DNA from: Parachlamydiales bacterium
GTDB lineage: Bacteria > Chlamydiota > Chlamydiia > Chlamydiales > SM23-39
DNA length: 64,000 nt
NCBI GenBank assembly: GCA_050302075.1
Contig: JBNLAH010000001.1
Span: 228,157 to 292,156 of the forward strand
Reading direction: 5' to 3'
Shown here: one piece after another, positions 59,365-64,000 of the stretch
How the letters are laid out: each line of letters opens with the position of its first letter
Numbering within the stretch: position 1 is the stretch's first letter
Translations under genes and position numbers: made by a program
Notes under the pieces: generated by a model
Seen by the model: the letters and a program-made list of their open reading frames with translations, nothing else
Database searches by the model: none
What the model was told of the DNA's origin: nothing

Positions 59365-59963
59365 GACTTAGGAAAAAGAGCAGTTTTCTTAAAATATTAT
59401 TAGTATTAGTTTTAGCTGCATTATTTATTAACTTAAAAACAAAATCTAACGAGAGAGAAAAAGATGAAGATGACTACGAGGTTTATGTTGACCAAGTAGT
59501 AAATACTTTTGCTACTGAAATGCGAGAGAAATATGGACTAAGGTGTTGTGGTAGTGGAGGTTCGATGCCATATAATGTAGAAACTATCAGTGTTATTTTT
59601 ACAGTTTTAAAAAAAACAACTTTAGAAGAAGCAAGAATAATCGAAGTTAATGCAGTAGAAAGGCTAAGAGAGTTAGTAAATAATCATGAGAAAATAAGAC
59701 CCTATTTAGCTGAATATCCTTTCACTCCTAGTAGGGCCGATGTGTCTATTTCATTTAATGATAAAAATGGACATCATACTGATGGAACAATTACTTATGT
59801 ATTTATGGCAAAAAATAAAATTTTCTTCGATAAAGCTGAAAAAGTCACAAGAAAAAAACTTTCTAGTGAAACATACGAGACAAATAAACTCATTACTCTA
59901 TTAAAAGAGCCTTATGAGGTAGCTTTAGAGAAAGTGAAAAACTCTAATGAACTCAAAATGTAA
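59361..59963 (+). CDS. membrane-anchored hypothetical protein, candidate RHS immunity protein, copy 2
   Basis: tandem duplicate of 58714-59364 (DNA repeat starts at 58727 and 59389). Confidence 0.65.
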   Translation: MRLRKKSSFLKILLVLVLAALFINLKTKSNEREKDEDDYEVYVDQVVNTFATEMREKYGLRCCGSGGSMPYNVETISVIFTVLKKTTLEEARIIEVNAVERLRELVNNHEKIRPYLAEYPFTPSRADVSISFNDKNGHHTDGTITYVFMAKNKIFFDKAEKVTRKKLSSETYETNKLITLLKEPYEVALEKVKNSNELKM

Positions 59964-59970
59964 CAGTCAT

Positions 59971-60243
59971 TTATGGTGCTTGTTGTTTCTTTTTTTTCCA
60001 CATTACGAGTATGCCACCAATGATAAAAATAGCTCCTGCAATTAAAAAAGTATATGTCTGCTTTTTGTTATAAACGGTAACATCCTCAAAAGTTACAACT
60101 TCCTGGTATTCTCCATCGTCTACACTTTCACCCACGCTTTCAATAGAGTCGCTTTCTTGTTTGCTGTTATAAATAGTTTTCCCAGCATCAAAAACAAAAT
60201 AAGCTCCAAGTGCAATTAGGACGATTGCAATAAAAGTTCTCAT
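59971..60243 (-). CDS. small two-TM membrane protein
   Basis: two hydrophobic segments and a basic tail; same architecture as 60254-60532. Confidence 0.6.
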   Translation of the reverse strand: MRTFIAIVLIALGAYFVFDAGKTIYNSKQESDSIESVGESVDDGEYQEVVTFEDVTVYNKKQTYTFLIAGAIFIIGGILVMWKKKKQQAP

Positions 60244-60253
60244 AAAATCTCCA

Positions 60254-60532
60254 CTATTTCCTTTTTCTGAAAAAATAAAGTAATCCCGAACCTATAGCAA
60301 CTAATGCTATGCCTCCAATCAGAGTGGAATAAATACGTTTTTTATTATATCCATAGCTTTTTTCTAATATTTTATTTATCTCTCCTTGAGCTTGTTCATT
60401 AGTAAAAGGTGAGATGACTTCAGTAACATCATCTTTTATGTCGTCCATCTTATATATTTTCCAAGATGCTTCAACTACCAGAACTGCTCCCAAGAATATA
60501 ATAACTAATGCTATAGCGTGCTTATAGTTCAT
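60254..60532 (-). CDS. small two-TM membrane protein
   Basis: two hydrophobic segments, basic tail RKRK. Confidence 0.6.
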   Translation of the reverse strand: MNYKHAIALVIIFLGAVLVVEASWKIYKMDDIKDDVTEVISPFTNEQAQGEINKILEKSYGYNKKRIYSTLIGGIALVAIGSGLLYFFRKRK

Positions 60533-60702
60533 TTCTAACCTCTTTATTTTTCTCCTATAATCATTAGAAAATAAAGTAAAGTATTTTTATTAATAGACTG
60601 CAAAAAAAACATTTGATCAATTTTATAAATACGCTACATTCAGCAATTAGGGCATGAACTTGGCCTGAAGCAGCGTCTTGATATTTAAATTAAGGAATTG
60701 AA

Positions 60703-63042
60703 ATGGATGAAAAACGTTTAAAGAATATGGATGCACACTGGCGTGCTGCAAATTATTTGTCAGTTGGACAAATATATCTGAAAGAAAATCCTCTTTTGTT
60801 AGAGCCATTAGACAAAAAACATATCAAATCAAGACTTTTAGGCCACTTTGGAACATCCCCTGGTTTGAATTTAATTTATACTCATTTAAATCGTCTTATA
60901 CAAGATAGGAAAGCAGATATCATATATATTGCTGGTCCTGGACATGGAGGTCCTGCGCTGCGTGCAAATGTTTACTTAGAAGGCACCATGACAGAAATAT
61001 ATCCAGATATCGACTGGTCGATTTTTGGAATGAAAAAATTAATGAGAGAGTTTTCTTGGCCTGGTGGCGTACCTTCTCATGTCAGTCCTCCTACTCCGGG
61101 GTCAATTCATGAGGGAGGAGAACTTGGTTATTCACTAGTACATGCGTTTGGTGCAGTCTTAGACAACCCAAGCCTTACAGCTGTTTGTGTAGTAGGTGAT
61201 GGAGAGAGTGAGACAGGACCACTTGCTACTAGTTGGCAGTCAAACAAGTTTATCAACCCCAAAAGGGATGGACTAGTCCTGCCTATTTTACACTTAAATG
61301 GATATAAGATTTCTGGCCCTACTCTTTTTGGGAGAATGAAAGATGAGAATATTAAAAAGTTTTTCGAAGGTCTTAGTTATCAAGTTCGATTTGTTGAAGG
61401 GGATGATCCAATGACTGTCCATAAGATTATGTGGGAAACTTTAGATTGGGCATATGATAAATTAGAGGAAATAAAAACGGCTGACAGTACTCTTGAATCA
61501 CCTATCCCTCTTCCGATTATTATTCTTAGAACACCCAAAGGTTGGACTGGACCTAAGTACGTCGATGGTAAAAAGGTTGAAGGAACCTTTCGTTCCCATC
61601 AAGTTCCAATTGCCGATGTTATTGAAAATTCAGAGCATTTAAAAATTTTAGAAGACTGGATGAGAAGTTATTCACCTCATGACCTTTTTGATAAGAATGG
61701 AAAACCATGCGAGGAAGTTCTTTCAGTTATTCCTGAGAAAACCTTAAGAATGGGTACAAATCCAAACGCTAATGGGGGAATATTGCTCAAAGAGTTGAAG
61801 CTTCCAGATTATGGAAAATATGCATTAGATTTAAAAAGTCCAGGAAGCATGATAGGAGAGGCAACAAGAGAACTTGGAAAGTATATTCGAGACATAATGA
61901 AAGAAAATGTCGATAATTTTCGAGTTTTTTGCCCTGATGAAACAAACTCAAATCGCTTGAATCATCTATTTGAAATCACAAAAAGAATGTTTTTAGGAGA
62001 GATGCACGAAGGTGATGAAGATTTATCATCTGATGGACGAGTGATGGAAGTATTAAGTGAGCATTTATGTCAAGGTTGGTTAGAAGGTTATCTTTTAACC
62101 GGGAGGCATGGAATTTTCCCATGCTATGAAGCATTTGCACTTATAGTTGACTCAATGCTAAATCAGCATGCGAAATGGTTAAAAGCGTGCAGGGATCTTC
62201 CATGGAGAGTCCCTGTAGCATCATTAAACTATTTATTGACCTCTCATGCTTGGAGGCAAGATCATAATGGCTATAGCCACCAGGGGCCTGGCTTTATTGA
62301 GTCTGTCATGGAAAAGAAGAGTTCTGTCGCTAGAATTTATTTACCTCCTGATGCTAATTGTTTGCTGTCAGTTGCAGATCATTGTTTTAGAAGTAAAAAT
62401 TATGTGAATTTAATTATTGCAGGTAAGCAGCCCATGTTTCAATGGCTCGATATTCAAAGCGCCAAAGAGCATTGTCACAAAGGAATTGGAATGTGGTCTT
62501 GGGCCAGTGATAACGATAAAAATCCAGATATTATATTTTGCTCAGCAGGAGACACTCCAACGCTTGAGGTTCTCGCAGCTGTTCAAATGCTAAAAGAAAA
62601 GTTTCCTGATGTAAAAATACAGACGAATAATGTTGTTGATCTTTTTACGTTAATGTCAAAGCAAGAGCATCCTCATGGGATAGATGAAAGTGAATTCATA
62701 GAACTTTTCACTGAGAATCAACATATTATCTTTGCTTTTCACGGGCACCCAGCAGTAATTCATGATTTGATTTATAGCAGGACAGATCCGGAGCGTTTCC
62801 ATGTTCATGGATATATTGAAGAGGGGACGACAACAACCCCTTTTGACATGGTTGTGTGCAACCAAATAAGTAGATTTCATTTAGCAATTAATGCAATGCG
62901 TTTTATACCCAAGTTAAAAGATCGTAAAGATGCTTTTATAAAAGAGTGTGAACTAAAACTACAAGAGCATAAAAAATATATCTTTGAAAATGGGCATGAC
63001 ATGCCTGAGATCACAGAATGGAAATGGAAAAATGTCTTTTAG
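60703..63042 (+). CDS. xfp: phosphoketolase (XFP/XPK)
   Basis: RAANYL, GPGHG, HEGGELGY, GDGESETG, LSEH.C.GWLEGY and QDHNG.SHQ motifs. Confidence 0.96.
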   Translation: MDEKRLKNMDAHWRAANYLSVGQIYLKENPLLLEPLDKKHIKSRLLGHFGTSPGLNLIYTHLNRLIQDRKADIIYIAGPGHGGPALRANVYLEGTMTEIYPDIDWSIFGMKKLMREFSWPGGVPSHVSPPTPGSIHEGGELGYSLVHAFGAVLDNPSLTAVCVVGDGESETGPLATSWQSNKFINPKRDGLVLPILHLNGYKISGPTLFGRMKDENIKKFFEGLSYQVRFVEGDDPMTVHKIMWETLDWAYDKLEEIKTADSTLESPIPLPIIILRTPKGWTGPKYVDGKKVEGTFRSHQVPIADVIENSEHLKILEDWMRSYSPHDLFDKNGKPCEEVLSVIPEKTLRMGTNPNANGGILLKELKLPDYGKYALDLKSPGSMIGEATRELGKYIRDIMKENVDNFRVFCPDETNSNRLNHLFEITKRMFLGEMHEGDEDLSSDGRVMEVLSEHLCQGWLEGYLLTGRHGIFPCYEAFALIVDSMLNQHAKWLKACRDLPWRVPVASLNYLLTSHAWRQDHNGYSHQGPGFIESVMEKKSSVARIYLPPDANCLLSVADHCFRSKNYVNLIIAGKQPMFQWLDIQSAKEHCHKGIGMWSWASDNDKNPDIIFCSAGDTPTLEVLAAVQMLKEKFPDVKIQTNNVVDLFTLMSKQEHPHGIDESEFIELFTENQHIIFAFHGHPAVIHDLIYSRTDPERFHVHGYIEEGTTTTPFDMVVCNQISRFHLAINAMRFIPKLKDRKDAFIKECELKLQEHKKYIFENGHDMPEITEWKWKNVF

Positions 63043-64000
63043 GATCCTTGTTATAAATAGTGGATCAACTTCATTAAAGTTCGCTTTTTTCGAAAAATCT
63101 AAATGTCAATTTCGTGGAGAAATAGAACAAATTTCTGCTCCACAATCAAGGCTTTGGGTCAAAGGATTACTAACTATAGAAGAAGAATGTAAAGTTGAAG
63201 ATCAAGATAGTGCTGTCGAATTAATGATAAATATTTTAAACAAAAATAACTTTTCGACAGTTGATGCTGTGGGTCACAGAATAGTTTTTGGGGGCGATGT
63301 CTTTGATTTTCCTGTAATAATTGATAGGCAAGTATTTCAAAAATTACAAGAATTGTCATCATATGACCAAATTCACATGCCTTCCCAAATTAAAAGTATC
63401 GAATTAATACAAAAGCATTTTCCAAAAGTTACTCAGGTTGCTTGTTTTGATACTAGTTTTCATTTAACAATGCCCGATAAATCAAAAGTATTTGCTTTAC
63501 CCAATTCATTATATGAAGCAGGTATCAAGCGTTATGGATTTCATGGTCTTTCCTTCGAGTCTGTCATTCAAAATAATAGAATAGATTATGAAAAGATAAT
63601 TATAGCCCACTTGGGTTCAGGTAGTTCAGTTTGCGCAGTTAAAGATAGAAAAAGTATAGACACAACCATGGGGCTTACCTCGCTTGGAGGAATACCTATG
63701 CAAGTGAGATCTGGAGACTTGGATCCGGGGATTATTTTGTTTTTACTAAGACAGAAAAAATGGACACTAGAAAGGTTGGAAAAGCTTCTTTATAAAGAAA
63801 GCGGATTGCAAGGTATATCTGGAATATCAGATATGAAAACCTTACTTACAAAATCAGAAAGTGATCCAAAAGCACAAAATGCGATTGAGTTATTTTGTTA
63901 TAGTATAGCAAAGGCAATAGGCTCTTATATTGTTGCGTTGCAGGGGATAGATGCTATTGTATTTACAGGTGGGATAGGAGAGAGATCTTCAATAATTAGG
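63032..64000 (+). CDS. ackA: acetate kinase, partial (runs off the window; absent from the ORF track)
   Basis: read by hand from ATG 63032: ILVINSGSTSLKF, GHRIV.GG, FDTSFH, RYGFHGLS, HLGSG, RSGDLDPG, VFTGGIGE. Confidence 0.93.
   Translation, partial: MSFRILVINSGSTSLKFAFFEKSKCQFRGEIEQISAPQSRLWVKGLLTIEEECKVEDQDSAVELMINILNKNNFSTVDAVGHRIVFGGDVFDFPVIIDRQVFQKLQELSSYDQIHMPSQIKSIELIQKHFPKVTQVACFDTSFHLTMPDKSKVFALPNSLYEAGIKRYGFHGLSFESVIQNNRIDYEKIIIAHLGSGSSVCAVKDRKSIDTTMGLTSLGGIPMQVRSGDLDPGIILFLLRQKKWTLERLEKLLYKESGLQGISGISDMKTLLTKSESDPKAQNAIELFCYSIAKAIGSYIVALQGIDAIVFTGGIGERSSIIR

Noticed and set aside
60641..60700. Possible riboswitch upstream of xfp
   Set aside because: No recognisable aptamer consensus or convincing stem.
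2246..63362. Short ORFs nested in or antisense to well-supported genes (e.g. 2246, 4721, 5342, 6241, 6853, 11455, 29701, 39029, 48396, 62656, 63174)
   Set aside because: They overlap confident CDSs and have no motifs of their own.

Overview
AT-rich bacterial chromosome segment that looks like an environmental Chlamydiae (Chlamydiota) genome: chlamydia-type tmRNA next to type-2 ileS and a long chlamydial lepB, an NTT/Tlc-like transporter, and a DUF2608 protein. The right part (28.2-64 kb) is mostly housekeeping and metabolism: ileS, lepB, pncB-pncA, a putative Na+/H+ antiporter, an orphan NodT/TolC lipoprotein, an MFS pump, rfbA, three tandem OppA-family genes, a broken RHS locus with duplicated candidate immunity genes, and xfp-ackA. 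The left part is an accessory region abutting the 3' end of the minus-strand tmRNA (27670-28072). Main observation: seven same-orientation intergenic copies of a ~36-bp element (TGGAGGTGGAGAGA-CNNNTTCAGAACTTTTGATTGG) lie between 14.1 and 24.2 kb, with an eighth tmRNA-end duplicate at 27416. In the best-preserved copies the first 14 bp are identical to the tmRNA 3' end. The elements divide the region into 0.25-3.3 kb modules, nearly all carrying genes (NTT-like transporter, SDR/MepB/VOC, kinase-like protein, APH-like phosphotransferase, AbiE toxin-antitoxin, three copies of one membrane-protein gene), several ending in a terminator-like hairpin. No recombinase is recognisable in the window. This suggests an integrase-less, integron-like tandem cassette array built by repeated site-specific insertion at ssrA. 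All family assignments come from motifs recognised by eye, not from database searches.
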